Shown one piece after another: positions 1 to 12,249 of a DNA stretch of 64,000 bases. Numbering within the stretch: the stretch's first letter is position 1; each line of letters begins with the position of its first letter. Source of the stretch: Squalus acanthias (taxonomy: Eukaryota); contig CM059431.1 in NCBI GenBank assembly GCA_030390025.1, positions 128,156,001-128,220,000 of the forward strand. The letters run 5' to 3'. The notes under the pieces were generated by a model, which was not told the origin of the DNA, ran no database searches, and saw only the letters and a program-made list of their open reading frames with translations. Made by a program: the position numbers and the translations under genes.

Positions 1-1732
1 TCGACCAGTTTTGAGCCAACGTCACCACCTCAGCATGGGCGGCAGCAGTCTGGGCTGACTAGATGACAGGCAGTGACAAGGGCAATGGCGGAGTAGCAGT
101 GGTGGGAGCAGGAATGCTGTCATCCTGTGAGAGGACAGTAGGTTCCTGCTCGACTGACACACTGACACTCTCCCGGGGCAGTACCTCAGCATCCGGGGCA
201 ATCTGCTGGAGCACAGATTGTTGGCCTGCTGCGACACTGTCAGATCCCCGGTGGACTGTGGTGGACCCAGCGATGATGGCAGCATTCAGAGCTTCCATGG
301 CATCAAGCTGAGACTGCATGAGAGCAGTCTGTGATTCGATGGCAGCAACCATTTACTGCATTACAGCACTAAGACGTTGCGTGGCTTCCGCCTGTGCTGC
401 AATGGATGCTGCCACATCGCCCATGACACGCGGCATGAGGTCTGGGTCCCCATGGTCTCTCAGGGAGTCCACCATCCTTCGCAGACTGCCAAGGATGGGC
501 TCCATGGTGTGCGCAGAGCTCTGTGCAATGTTGGAGGCGGACTCCTCCATGCTCCTTACCATTGCCGAGACGCTCTCGGGCACCCTTGCCATTGCACCTA
601 TCATCTCCGTGTGCCTGACCATCACCCTTATTGTGAGTGCCTCCCCATCAAGGTCCTCATCTGAGTCCTGTGCAGCAAAACTCGCACGCGAACTTGCCCT
701 CTGGGAACCTGCCTCCTGAGCTACCCTTTCCCCCTGGCCTTGCTGCAGCCCACTCGTCCCCGGTGCATCACCCAGTGCAGACCCCTCTACTAAACTTACC
801 TCTAAAGATCACATAGTCCCAGTATCTGAGGTGGTGCCTGCAGGTGAGACATGCAGTGACGCGGTGCTTTCTTCCTCCTCCTCTTCTCCTGCCTCACTCT
901 CACTGTGAGGCTCAGGGACAGGCTGGTCATCTGGTTGCTGATTACCTGAAAGCATAAAGCCACTAGTGTCGCATTAAGGTGAGGGCAGGGGTGGCAGGAA
1001 TGGAGCAAGGAATGCAGACAGTATAATGAACTGTAAAGTGGGAAAGGCTTGTGCTGCGAGGGGGAAGTGGGATGAGAGAAGGAGATGGGATGAACATGCC
1101 GTTGTTGCCCCCAAGGGGGTCAACATCGCTGACGGCCACGGCGCCCACCACCTGGCGCCCAATGACTCTCAACACTCATTCCTCCAGGTCTGTAAGCTGT
1201 TGAATGTCCGCTTCACCCCCGCCTGTTCGTTGCTGCTCCCTTCTATTGAGGGCCAGCTTGGCCTGCAAGAGAAAGGAAAGTGTGTGAGTGAGTGTGCAGC
1301 TATGTGTTTGGGAGATGTGCCTGCCATACTTGAATAGCTGTGATTGTAGGCAAGGTGTGAGATGTGGATGTGAGTTTGAGTAGGTGGAGATGCTTGATGG
1401 GTGAGTGGTGGGGGTGTGGTGGTGTGTGCAGTGTGTACAGACTGAGGTTCAGATCCTGGTATGTAGGACTTGTTGAAGCATGTACTCACCCTGACCACTC
1501 GAGTGAGGTTGTTGAATTTTTTATGGCACTGTGTGTGGGTCCTGATGACCACACTGCTGGCCGAGAGGTCCTGGGCCACTTCCCTCCACATTGCCCTGAA
1601 GACATGCGGCAATGGCCTCCTGCCAGTGGCCAGGAACAGCACTGCCATCCTTCTTTCGACTGCCGCGACCAATGCCTCGAATGCCTGGGCGCTGGAACGG
1701 CGAGCTCTCTCCCTGGGACTGGGATCAGCCAT
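1..1732 (-). pseudogene. Harbinger Myb/SANT-like DNA-binding gene; exons 1732-1490, 1262-1100, 945-<1
   Basis: Exon 1 reads MADPSPRERARR..EALVAAVERR..WREVAQ..RTHTQCHKKFNNLTRVVR, then a GTGAGT donor. Acceptors are cttgcag and tttcag. In-frame TGA stops occur in exons 2 and 3, and the intron 2 donor is GC. Confidence 0.85.
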
Positions 1733-2086
1733 GAGGATAAGAGGTGTAGCTGTTGAGTTGCTTGGAGGTCGCCTTCAGAGCCAGCAATGTTGAGAATGAG
1801 GTTGTGCCGAATCTTCAACCTTCCCTATAAGAGCTGGAAGGAGCCAGTGTGAATGATGAGTCCCGACTGGAGTGCACCTGAAATTGGTTATAGCTGTGCA
1901 GGTAGCACCCTGCTCTCTGTGTGCAGCGCCCTAAGTTAGGTGATTAGCGCTTGATTTAGCGCTCCAGTTCGCTCTTGGAGCGCTAACAATCAATTTAGCG
2001 GGAGGTCAGAAGGATTAGAACTTGGCGCTAATTCTCCAACTTTTTTAAACTTAGCGTCCCATCCGGGTCGATACCGAATATCTAGG
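1..2086 (-). mobile_element. PIF/Harbinger transposon, Myb-gene end (runs off the window start)
   Basis: Contains a Myb/SANT-like gene, subterminal TTAGCGC motifs (1944, 1956) and a terminus gaatatctagg resembling the aatttctaggccc ends at 10972 and 19775. Confidence 0.85.
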
Positions 2087-2087
2087 A

Positions 2088-2310
2088 GTGTTAGAAGTTT
2101 GGAACTCTCTTCCGCAAACGGCAATTGATGCTAGTTCCATTGTTAATTTTAAATTGCAGATTGATAGCTTTTTGTTAACCAAAGGTATTAAGAGATATGG
2201 GCCAAAGGTGGGTATATGGAGTTAGGTCGCAGATCAGCCATGATCTCATTAAATGGTGGAACAGGCTCGAGGGGCTCAATGGCCTACTCCTGTTCCTATG
2301 TTCCTATGTT
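2088..2310 (+). mobile_element. CR1 LINE 3' tail fragment
   Basis: WNSLP-like end, gatcagccatgatctcattaaatggtgga 3'UTR and a (ttcctatg)n tail shared with other CR1 copies. Confidence 0.85.
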
Positions 2311-2751
2311 ATGGGTGTCCATCTGGGAATACCACTATATCTGGCATACTTGGAGGAAGAGAAAGAGCAGCAGGAGGAGGAAGTGTAAGAATCCAAGGAA
2401 AGACCATATTAGTTAAGTGTTGACTTTATTTATATGGAATAAGTAAAGCAAATACAATCACTTTAGCAATAGTACAGAGTCGTAAATCTTGCTTCTTCTT
2501 GGTGTTCTTCCTTCTACCCTCTACCACAGGCTCTCTCTTTCTCCCAATTTATATCCTGCCACCTTCCAGCTGTGCCCTGTGCCCACTCAGTGGGCTGGGT
2601 GCAGTGGCTCCACCTTCACATGTTTTTTGTAGTGTCACTTTACTGAATCATCGCATGCATTGAATAATTATTATTCAGAATCGCCTGAGGATTGTGTGCA
2701 GATCTTAATTGCACTTTCTGTCCTAATTCTTCTTATAGTAGCCCACACACT

Positions 2752-5358
2752 GGGCTGAATTTTGCCAGCGCTCAGAAGGCGAGTTTGGAGGCAGCTCAGC
2801 TGTCAAAATAGCAAAGATTGACAGCAATTAGGGAACCCGCTATCAACCCGCCTCCACGCTAGTCTCCCAGGTGTCGCGTCTGTCGGCGCTGAACAGCCCC
2901 AATACCAAGCGGCGGGGGAAGCAATTCACATCATTAAATGGGTTGTTAACATCCAATTAAGTGTTATGTTATGCCTACATTTCAATTTTATGCGCTCCCC
3001 CACGGGTTACCCGCTGCTCGGTGAACACGTCAGCTCAGCATGTCGCGAGTGGATTCAGCATTGAATTATCTCATCACCTGACAGCTGCCAAAGTTGTATA
3101 AAAGATCCCATGTTACAGCTGTTCACTTTCAAAGCTCAGAACCTGTTGGTTACTGCATTTTGGAGATATATTGGGGGAAAAATTTGGTTGGTTAGCGCCT
3201 CCTGTTACCGCCTCTAGTGGGCGCTAACGGGGCACTAGGAACGTAGCGCCCGGGCGTGGTGATTTTAGCAGCGCTCGCGAAATTCACCAGTCGTTTTGCG
3301 CCGGCACTAAACACTACCGCCATGATCTCCTGCGTCTGCAGATCGTGACATCAGTCGAGTGTGCAATGCCCCAGTAGCGCCCCGGACTGGATATTAAGTC
3401 ATGCTCCCTGCCGCTTAGCACCTGTCACTAGGAACGACAGGTAGAGGGGGACATTTTCAAGTCGGGAAGGGGCTGGGGGAGCACTATTTAAAGGCGGGTG
3501 CTTCCTGCCTTTTCTTGTCGGCAAAATTTTTGGTACACGCAGGTTGAGAGGGAGAGAGACGTCTAAAGAGATTTAACGCTGTCCTGAGGAGTTTTGGCCC
3601 TCAGCACCACTTTTGAGGTTCTTAAGCACTGAGCTCTTTCCCTGGTCCTATCCATTAGTGCTTCCAAGACAATTGCTTTAGAGGTCTCTCCAGGCCGAGA
3701 TTCAAGGCTGCAATGAGCAGGGTGTGGCTGGACAGCAAGATGGCCCCTCCCCTTTAAGAACTGGACGGCGCCAGTCTGCCTGGCTTCCATGGTAACTGAC
3801 ATCGCCTGAGCTTCGGTAGCGTTCTGAGGTAGCGCCTCACTCCCCGACATTTGCGCCTTAAGAGAAGTGTGTAGCATTTGATTTAATGCTCAAATCGCCT
3901 CCACTGGCGATAGAGGCGAATTTTACAGTCGGAGGCGATAATTAGCGCTAGGCGCTAAACTTTGCACCCAGCTGATATTAGCACCCCAAAATGGACGATA
4001 CCCAATTTTTCCTCCATTGAGGTTTCTGCAGCTTGCAAGTGTTTGGAGCCAACTCTCTATCCAGTGCCACCTCATTGGAACAACTTCTCCCACCAGTGAC
4101 AGATCGCTTCTGTCATCTCAAGCTCACCTGCCATCTATTCCATCAGCATCAGCCCTTGAAAATATCTCACCTTGGTCCTCAGAATTCCACCACAATCAGC
4201 CCCAACACCAGCATCACCAGGCACACCAGCAGCAACAACAACATCACCAGACTACTCCGCAATCAACTGATGCTGCACAGGATACAGGGCATCAGCACCC
4301 GACCACATTGCTGCCCAGGAGGCCAGGGATTTACTTCACTTGATACTGTAAACTCTGGATGCCACATGATGCGCCAGGTTGGTACCACCCCACACCAACA
4401 CCATAAAGCATCCTTACAATGTCCAAGCCATTCCTTTCACTTTGATCGCCATTGCGGGGGGTACTGTAATGTCTCACCATTCACTGCAACTCACTAAGCC
4501 ACTTCCAAAGGTGCACACAAATCTGTCCGAGAACACAAAGTGCTGAAAATAAAGGTTTCAATGTTTGCCACCACATTACCAGAAACTTCACCTAAACATT
4601 GGCTAAACCACCTAAGTGCCTACCCTTGTGTGTTGTTAGTTGGTATGCTTGCAGTAGGGTGAGGGTGAGTGTGAGGGGTGGCTAGTGAGATGGGGAAGTG
4701 ATAATGTAGATAGAGCGGGATGGGTGGAGGTGCAAGGTAAGTTGGTGTGAGTAAGGATGTGCAGGAGTAGGGTAGGGAAGGCAGAGTGATGGGGATGTGA
4801 TGAAAGGCACAGCAGGATGAGGCTGAGTGTGGCTTTGCAGTAACGTTTCGTGATCTACTGAGATCATTGAAAGGTTTGCACCACTGCAGCCTGGTCCTCC
4901 TGATGACATCCCTGCTTGTGTCTTCCTGTGCAATGTGCAACCAGGCTGTGTTGATCTCCTGGGGAGGTCTCTCCCGCCCATTGGGAGGGAAGAGAACCTC
5001 CCTGCATGCTGTGACTCCCTCCATAAGCATATGGAGGGAGTCATGGGAGAGCCTGGGTGCAGCCGTGCACCTTTGTGCTGTGCTTGTCAGTGTTTGCTGC
5101 ACCTCAATGCTGCAGAACACTGATAGCAGAACTGTCAAAATAAATTTGGACATGGCCCCTTTAAGGAAACTGGCTGATGTTGCATCATCAAATGGTGTCA
5201 TGAGACCCACTTCCTTTTAATTGGCCGGGAACCTCGCAGGGCGGGCTTAACAAGCCCAATTAATGTAAAATCACTTGGAGATTGCGGGCTGGAGCAGGCA
5301 GCGGGCTGGGACCGCGACATCGACCCCGGACCTGCCTCGGTCGGCGAAATCGCGGCCC
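2752..5358 (-). mobile_element. Internally deleted Harbinger element; long relative of the MITEs at 51431 and 62658
   Basis: Ends gggctgaattttgcc and gaaatcgcggccc match the termini of those MITEs in reverse. A Myb exon 1 remnant lies at about 5085-4840 (PRLSHDSLHMLMEGV..WLHIAQE..RTRLQWCKPFNDL). Confidence 0.75.
3173..4015. mobile_element. Harbinger-type MITE nested in the 2752-5358 element
   Basis: TIRs gggggaaaaattt / aatttttcctcc, TSD ATT (3170-3172, 4016-4018), many TTAGCGC/GCGCTAA motifs. Confidence 0.8.
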
Positions 5359-5525
5359 ATGTACTCAAATGGCCCTCTTATCAGTAGCCCAATCAATGTG
5401 GTCAAGTGGGTTCTAGCTTACTGTTGCCTTACTCCAAACTCTTTAACCCCATGTTCACTCTAAGCTGATGCTTTCTAAAATGTAGTTCTACCATCTAACC
5501 TGCTTCCTTACAGAAGGAAACAGGG

Positions 5526-6011
5526 ATGCTACTCAATGTACAGAACATCAGAGGAAGACCGCTTGGACCCACTTTTGCCCTCTCAACCAGATATACAGAC
5601 CATGGCGAACATTCCTGCACTCGAGTGAAGAACAATGCACAAGGAGGCAGTAAAAGATCTGCAGCCAATTCTTATAACAAGCACAGCACTCTCTGTTGTA
5701 GTAAAGGTCACTGCAATCCTCAACTGTTTTATCATTTGTTTGTTCCAAGCTGCTGCAGGAAGATCAGCGCTATGAACCAATCTGTCGTCTATACAAGTAT
5801 CAAGCGGATGACTGATGTCTTGTTTGCCAGAGCAAAAACCTTCAACACTTTTATCATGGATATCCAGAAACAGCAGGAGAGGGCCCTGGGCTTTGTTCAT
5901 ATTGCTATCCAGGGTGTTACAGATTGTGCACATGTTGCCCTATGCACTGCTGCCCACAATAGTGCAGTCTTCATGATTCACAAAGGATCCACTCCAATAA
6001 TGTACATTTAA
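5526..6011 (+). pseudogene. Degenerate Harbinger (HARBI1-like) DDE nuclease fragment
   Basis: QSVVYTSIKRMTDVLFARA..QQERALGF..IQGVTDCAHVAL..HKG matches the GAIDCTHV region of the other nuclease copies. Confidence 0.75.
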
Positions 6012-6084
6012 TGCTGGGCCCTCCCCAGGAAAGAACAAATAGTTGAATCCTATGGCTCACTTGTAAAGGGGGCTGCAGTAAAAA

Positions 6085-7946
6085 GAAAAAGATTAGTATG
6101 TAAAAAGAAACAGATTAGTGAAGACAAATGTAGGTCCCTTACAGTCAGAAACAGGAGAATTTATAATGGGGAACAAGGAAATGGCAGAGCAATTAGACAA
6201 ATATTTTGGTTCTGTCTTCACGGAAGAGGACACAAATAACTTCCCAGAAATGCTGGGGAACCAAGGGTCTAGTGAGAAGGAGGAATGAAAGGAAATTAGT
6301 ATTAGTAAAAAAATAGTGCTGGAGAAATTAATGGGACTGAAAGCCGATAAATCCCCAGGGCCTGATAATCTGCATCTCAGAGTACTAAAAGAGGTAGCCA
6401 TGGAAATAGTGGATGCATTGGTGATGCATTCCAAAATTCTATAGATTATGGAAAAGTTCCTGCAGATTGGAGGGTGGCAAATGTAATCCCACTATTTAAA
6501 AAAGGAGGGAGAGAGAAAACAGGGAACTACAGACCGGTTAGCCTAACATCAGTAGTAGGGAAAATGCTAGAGTCTGTTTTAAAGGATGTGATAACAGGAC
6601 ACTTAGAAAATATCAACGGGATTAGACAAAGTCAACATGGATTTATGAAAGGGAAATCATGTTTGACAAACCAACTGGAGTTTTTTGAGGATGTAACTGG
6701 TAGAATAGATAAGGGAGAAGGATGATAATATACAAGGATGTGGTGTATTTGGATTTTCAGAAGGCCTTTGATAAAGTCCCACATAAGAGGTTAGTGTACA
6801 AAATTAAGCACATGGGATTGGGGGTAATATACTGGCATGGACTAAAAATTGGTTAACAGACAGGAAACAGAGAGTAGGAATAAATGGGTCTTTTTCGGGG
6901 TGGCAGGCGGTGACGAGTGGGGTACCACAGGGATCAGTGCTTGGGCCCCAGCTATTCACAGTGTATATCAATGATTTGGATGAGGGAACCAAATGTAATA
7001 TTTCCAAGTTTGCTGATGACATGAAACTAGGTGGGATTGTGAGTTGTGAGGAGGATGCAAAGAGGCTTCAATGCTATTTAGACAGGTTGAGTGAGTGGGC
7101 AAATACATGGCAGATGCAGTATAACGTGGATAAATGTGAAGTTATCCACTTCGGTAGGAAAAACAGAAAGGCGGAGTATTATTTAAATGGTGATAGATTG
7201 GGAAATGTTGATGTACAAAGGGACCTGGGTGTCCTTGTACACCAGTCACTGAAAGCAAACATGGAGGTGCAGCAAACAGTTAGGAAGGCAATTGGTATGT
7301 TGGCCTTCATTGCAAGAGGATTTGAGTACAGGGGCAAGGATGTCTTACTACAGTTATACAGGGCCTTGGTGAGACCACATCAGGAGTACTGTGTGCAGTT
7401 TTGGTCTCCTTACCTAAGAAAGGATATACTTGCCATTGAGGGAGTGCAGCGAAGGTTCACCAGACTGATTCCTGGGATGGCAAGACTGTCGTATGAGGAG
7501 AGATTGGGTCGACTAGACCTGTATTCACTAGAGTTTAGAAGAATGAGAGGGGATCTCATTGAAACGTATAAAATTCTGACAGGGCTAGACAGACTGGATG
7601 CAGGGAGGCTGTTTCCCCTGGCTGGGGGGTCTAGAACGAGGGGTCACAGTCTCAGGATACGGGGTAGGACATTTAGGACTGACAAGAGGAGAAATTTCTT
7701 CACTCAGCGGGTGGTGAACCTTTGGAATTCCCTACCACAGAAGGCTGTGGAGGCCAAGTCACTGAATATATTTAAGAAGGGGATAGATAGATTTCTAGAC
7801 ACAAAAGGCATCAAGGGGTATGGGGAGAGAGCAGGAATATAGTATTGAGATAGAGGATCAGCCATGATCATATTGAATGGCGGAGCAGGCTCGAAGGGCC
7901 GAATGGCCTATTCCTGCTCCTATTTTTCTATTTTTCTATGTTTCTA
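6085..7946 (+). mobile_element. CR1 LINE, 5'-truncated (ORF2 RT region plus 3'UTR)
   Basis: [29 protein letters not shown] and KFADD motifs; 310-aa open segment 6910-7842; (tttctat)-like tail. Confidence 0.95.
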
Positions 7947-8326
7947 TAAAATGTTTGTTTGGAACATTTTTCTCTATGGGGGTCCAGGTCAGGATCTCAG
8001 CCTGGAAATCTAGTTGGACCCACTTACGCATCTGTTGGTGAGGAATGTCTGATGTGACCTGCCGTACCTTTGCTGGCCATAAATGGGGTCCCTTTAAGCC
8101 CTTTGAATGTGGGAAATACCTTGACCTCACCTCCCATCCTCTCCACTTATGTCAATGGCTTTATTTATAGATACCACATCTCTAGGTCAACATCATAAAA
8201 ATGGTACCTCTATCACATGATTTCATCACACTTCCCGTGTCACACTTCCCTATAACACCTCCTGTTATAAAACAGCATACTCTCAACCTTACCATGAACC
8301 ACACCACAGGAGTCCCACTAGCTGCC

Positions 8327-8820
8327 GGCCTAGAAATTGGCCTCCTTAGCGCCTCCCGTTATCGCCTCCGGGGGGTGATAACAGGGCGCTAAGCACTTAC
8401 CAACCGGGTGCGGTGAGAAGATCGACTCCCGCTATATTCGGCGGGAGGTTTGTGGTGGCGGTATGGCATTGCGCCCCGATCTCCTTCGCCCAGAGATTTC
8501 ATTTTTCTTCGCCAACGATCGATCAGCCCGGCCCTCGCTGCAGTGCATCGGGCTGATCGGGCCAGGTCGCGGCTGCCGTCGGGGACCAGGTAAGTTTTCC
8601 TCTTGCAGAGCCTGCAGCAATGGCTCTTCCCTTTAAGGGAGGGAAGGAGCCTTCCAATACGGCAGTGCTGCACGGCCCATTGTGCAGCGCTGCTCAGCTA
8701 CCGCCCTGCCTGCTGCCTGTTGCACTCCAGGAACGAAGTGGAGCGCTTGATTTAGCGCAAAACCCACATTTTTTAAAAGTTGAAAAATATTAGCGCCTGG
8801 CGATACCCAATTTCTCCCTC
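8327..8820. mobile_element. Harbinger-type MITE (same family as 16225-16834)
   Basis: Termini ggcctagaaattgg / ccaatttctccc; internal similarity to the 16.2-kb copy. Confidence 0.8.
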
Positions 8821-8897
8821 TAAATTTCTTATCAGCATTTCAAACTTACTACATTTCAAGACAGCCCTTGAATTCAAAGTGGCTCGAGGTTCCTGAC

Positions 8898-8982
8898 TTA
8901 AGAACATAAGAACATAAGAAATAGGAGCAGGAGTAGGCCAATCGGCCCCTCGAGCCTGCTCCGCCATTCAATAAGATCATGG
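8898..8982 (-). mobile_element. CR1 3' tail fragment
   Basis: (aagaacat)n tail and ggagcaggagtaggcc..gcctgctccgccattcaa. Confidence 0.85.
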
Positions 8983-9109
8983 TTAACTTCTTTAACTTGC
9001 ACAAATGTTACAAGTTTAAAGTGACCTGAAATCTTTACCTTTTCTTGTGTTTGTTGTTGATACAGAGAACCATGGCAGAGCAATAAAACTATTCCCAATT
9101 CGAAGTGGC

Positions 9110-10972
9110 CCAGGCAGCATGCAAAATTCATCCTCCCTGTTCATTTACATGATTGTAGTGCTGATCTCAATGCTGCATGCGCTGCTGATTGGCTTACCGC
9201 TCAACAGATGGGCCAATATCGGGTGCAGTCTAAGGGCCAGTAATGTTTGACCTCGTCTTTCTCCACTATTTAAAGGGGAGGTGCTTTGATGCAGCAGCAC
9301 CTCATTGTCATCGGAGTTGAAGTCGGAATTGCAGTTGAACACATGGCTCAGCAGCAGCGAAGGGAATGAGCCAGAAGGTTTTCCGATGTGACTCTGGAGG
9401 CATTGGTAGTGCAGTGGAGAGGAGGCAGGCTGTACTGTTCCTGCAGGGTAGCAGGAAGCCATCAGTGCACAATTCGAGAAGGCTGTGGCAAGAGATAGCT
9501 AGGTACGTCATGGCCAACAGTGTCATACAGCGGATATTGATCCAGTGCTGCAAGAAGTTTAATGACCTCACATGGCAGGTCAAGGTGAGTGAAGGCTTCA
9601 GCAAATGCCATATTCCACCATCTGCGTATGAGTGGTGGGCAGGAGTGGTGAGGTTGTGGAGGGGAGTCATCAGCCAGGTGCAGAGCAGAAAGTCTTTGTC
9701 TCCGAGCAGCCACCCTCGGGTTTGATGTGGTGGCTGGAAGATTGCTGGCACACTGGACTGATGCAGGATGAAGGCCTCATGACTGCTGCCAGGATAGCAG
9801 GCATTGACCATCAGAATGCACTGGGCGTGGTCACACAACAACTGCACATTAAGTGAGTGGTAGGCTTTGCGGTTGCAGAAGATCTCAGGATTGTGATGTG
9901 GTGCCCGCATAGCCACATGGGTGCAGTCGATGCAGTTCTGCACCATGGGGAAGCCCGCTATCCTGTCAAAGCTATATGCGCGCTCCTCCTGTTTCTTTCT
10001 GCTCAGAGAGAAGACAACGTAGTCCCTTCTCCTGGTATAGAGAGCCTCAGTGATCTACCGGATGCAGTGATTGACGGCGAACTGTGAGATGTTAGCTATG
10101 TCTCCTGCTGCAGACTGGAAGGATCCACTGGTGAAGAAATTGAGGGCCACGGTGACCTTGAGGGCAACTGGGAGAGCTGTTATCGCCCTGCTCTGAGGCT
10201 GCAGAACTGGTTGCAGGAGGTGGCAGAGTTCTGTGACCACTTCCTTGCTGAAGCGGAGACTCCTAATACTCTGCTCCTTGCTTAAGTGGATATGAGATAA
10301 ATGCTCTCTGAAGACCCTAGGTGGGTAAGACCTCCTGTTGGGAGCCCGGCTGGCTCTCCTCCTCCTCCTCCTCCCTCTGCGAGCATCTTCTACTCTTCTT
10401 CGCTGCCTCCGCTCCCTCTCCCGAAGATACTCGAGCGTGAGGGGGACTGTTAGTAGAGCCCCCATGACTGCGAGCAAGTGTTGTGAGCAGAAGCCTTTAA
10501 ATGAGAATGAAGGCGTTCTCCACTTGCACCAACACTCCCTGTCACCTTAGGACCTTGAAACATTTTTAGAAAGCTGCTAGAGTTGCAGAAAGTTCCACAG
10601 ACCCAGTCAAACTGAGAAACCATGTCAGCTGCAAGTTGTTGCTGATGATCCCTTAAATAACGCTGCTGGAGCCTCCTTCCTGCTTTGTGAAAACTTGGTC
10701 AGCTGGTCGCAATTAACGCAGGCCGGCAAGTTGAGCAGCAAACTCCAAAATGGCAGATCGGGCGTCAGGTGAGCTTTGCACATTCACTGACATCACGATC
10801 TGCATAATCTACATATCCCTAGCGAGCACGGACATTGGCAGCGCAATGCCACCCAGCCAAAAATGTCAGCCAACATGGGACCCGCCGGTATCGGGCGGAG
10901 GTGAGGCAGTTGCCATTTTTTTGCCGAAACAGGCCTTAACGGCCAGCGCTAACACCTCCAATTTCTAGGCCC
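9110..10972. mobile_element. Internally deleted Harbinger element with convergent Myb exon 1 (+) and nuclease (-)
   Basis: Myb exon 1 at about 9350-9584 (AVERRQAVLF..LWQEIA..QCCKKFNDLT|GTGAGT) is joined at about 9625 to the nuclease; right TIR aatttctaggccc. Confidence 0.85.
9625..10465 (-). pseudogene. HARBI1-like DDE transposase, 3'-truncated and disrupted
   Basis: RSLRFSKEVV, ALNFFTSGSFQ, CIDCTHV, NRKAYHSLNVQLLCD, YPGSSHE and WLLGD motifs in ORFs 10055-10477 and 9308-9946. Confidence 0.9.
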
Positions 10973-12249
10973 CAGCTTGATCTGAAAGTTAACACGAATT
11001 TGAAGGGTTAGAGTTAAAAGAGTCCCTCGCTGCACTGATGGTTGATGGGAGCAGAGGGAGGGAGTGTTTAAAATTAAACAGATAACATTAATTTATTACA
11101 CAAATTCAAAGTTTTTCAAGACCCATTTAATAAATGTTGGACCAGTTGGTGCAGGGGATAGAGCCAGCATTTCTAAGGAGTGTATACAATTCAAAATTTG
11201 CTGTCTACAGCCGTGACTATCTTCAGTGAGACAAGGTTTAAATCTCTTATTGCGAATAGGCATTTCTTTAAAAAGAAAATTAACTGAAATATTTTTCTCC
11301 CAATAACAGATTATCTGTTACTACTGGAAGTTTTAAAATACAAATAAAAATAATGAATTCCCAAATAGCAACTGTAGTTTTCAATTAAATTGACTAAATA
11401 TTCTGTCATTTTTAGATTAAAAGTAAAATGCCCATGTTCACTGTAGAATACATAATGTTGGAAAATGAACCAATAAAATGTCAAAATAAAATTGATGGGG
11501 TGGGGTGGGGGGGGGGAAAGAGATTCCCCCAGACCCTTTGAAAATAAACCTGGTGCTTTAACACATGGATCTCTCTTCAGGCTTTCATGTACTTCTGGCT
11601 TTTTTTCCTCCAATATAAGTGAAGTAATAGTGAGTTCTCGAAAAGCTACAAACCCATCCCACTCCTCCTTCAGTATAATTATGTAATTTCACAAATCATA
11701 AGCTTGTATTCAGGGTTGATTTGGAGTAGTCAGCTTATTTCGGGTGGGTCAGCTTTTTTTGATGTTGACAAACATTTATTAAAGCATAAAGGCCTAGAAA
11801 TTCATTGGCACCGCGTCTGTTTTACAGGTGTAAAACGGGCGCTTCAGCATCCAATATAGCGGGCGGCCCGCGCGTGCTGTCCCACGTGGAAGTGTGCCGC
11901 CTGCCATATTGGATTGGGCTCCATTGTAGACATCCGGGGCACGTGGCGAAAGCATACAAAATTGTAATTACAATATTTAAATAAGGGTCCTATATTTTTC
12001 TAAAATTGGCCTGCCCTAGCGCTTGACTTGCCACGTGATAAACTCGCTCAGCAACTCATGGCAATATTTAAAGGGCTCATCCTCTACATACAGGTTAGTT
12101 GCTGGTTTGTCCTATTAGTCTGCTGGTTAACCTCAGGGTGCTTTTTGGCCTATTTTCTCAATTCTGTAACTTAATCCTGATTTCTGAGAACTAAGTTATG
12201 CTGCTGCTGCCTTGGTTTTGGATGCTTTCAGCAGAGTTTCATTGCAGTC

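Noticed and set aside
4017..4343. Gln/His-rich 108-aa gene
   Set aside because: Low-complexity CA-rich sequence inside a deleted transposon; non-ATG start immediately after a MITE.
9308..9725. Genuinely overlapping sense/antisense genes
   Set aside because: The overlap in the ORF track comes from a deletion fusing convergent Myb and nuclease remnants.
11550..11685. Minus-strand frame LKEEWDGFVAFRELTITSLILEEKKPEVHESLKRDPCVKAP as a host exon
   Set aside because: No convincing acceptor, weak donor (GTTTAT) and no recognisable homology.
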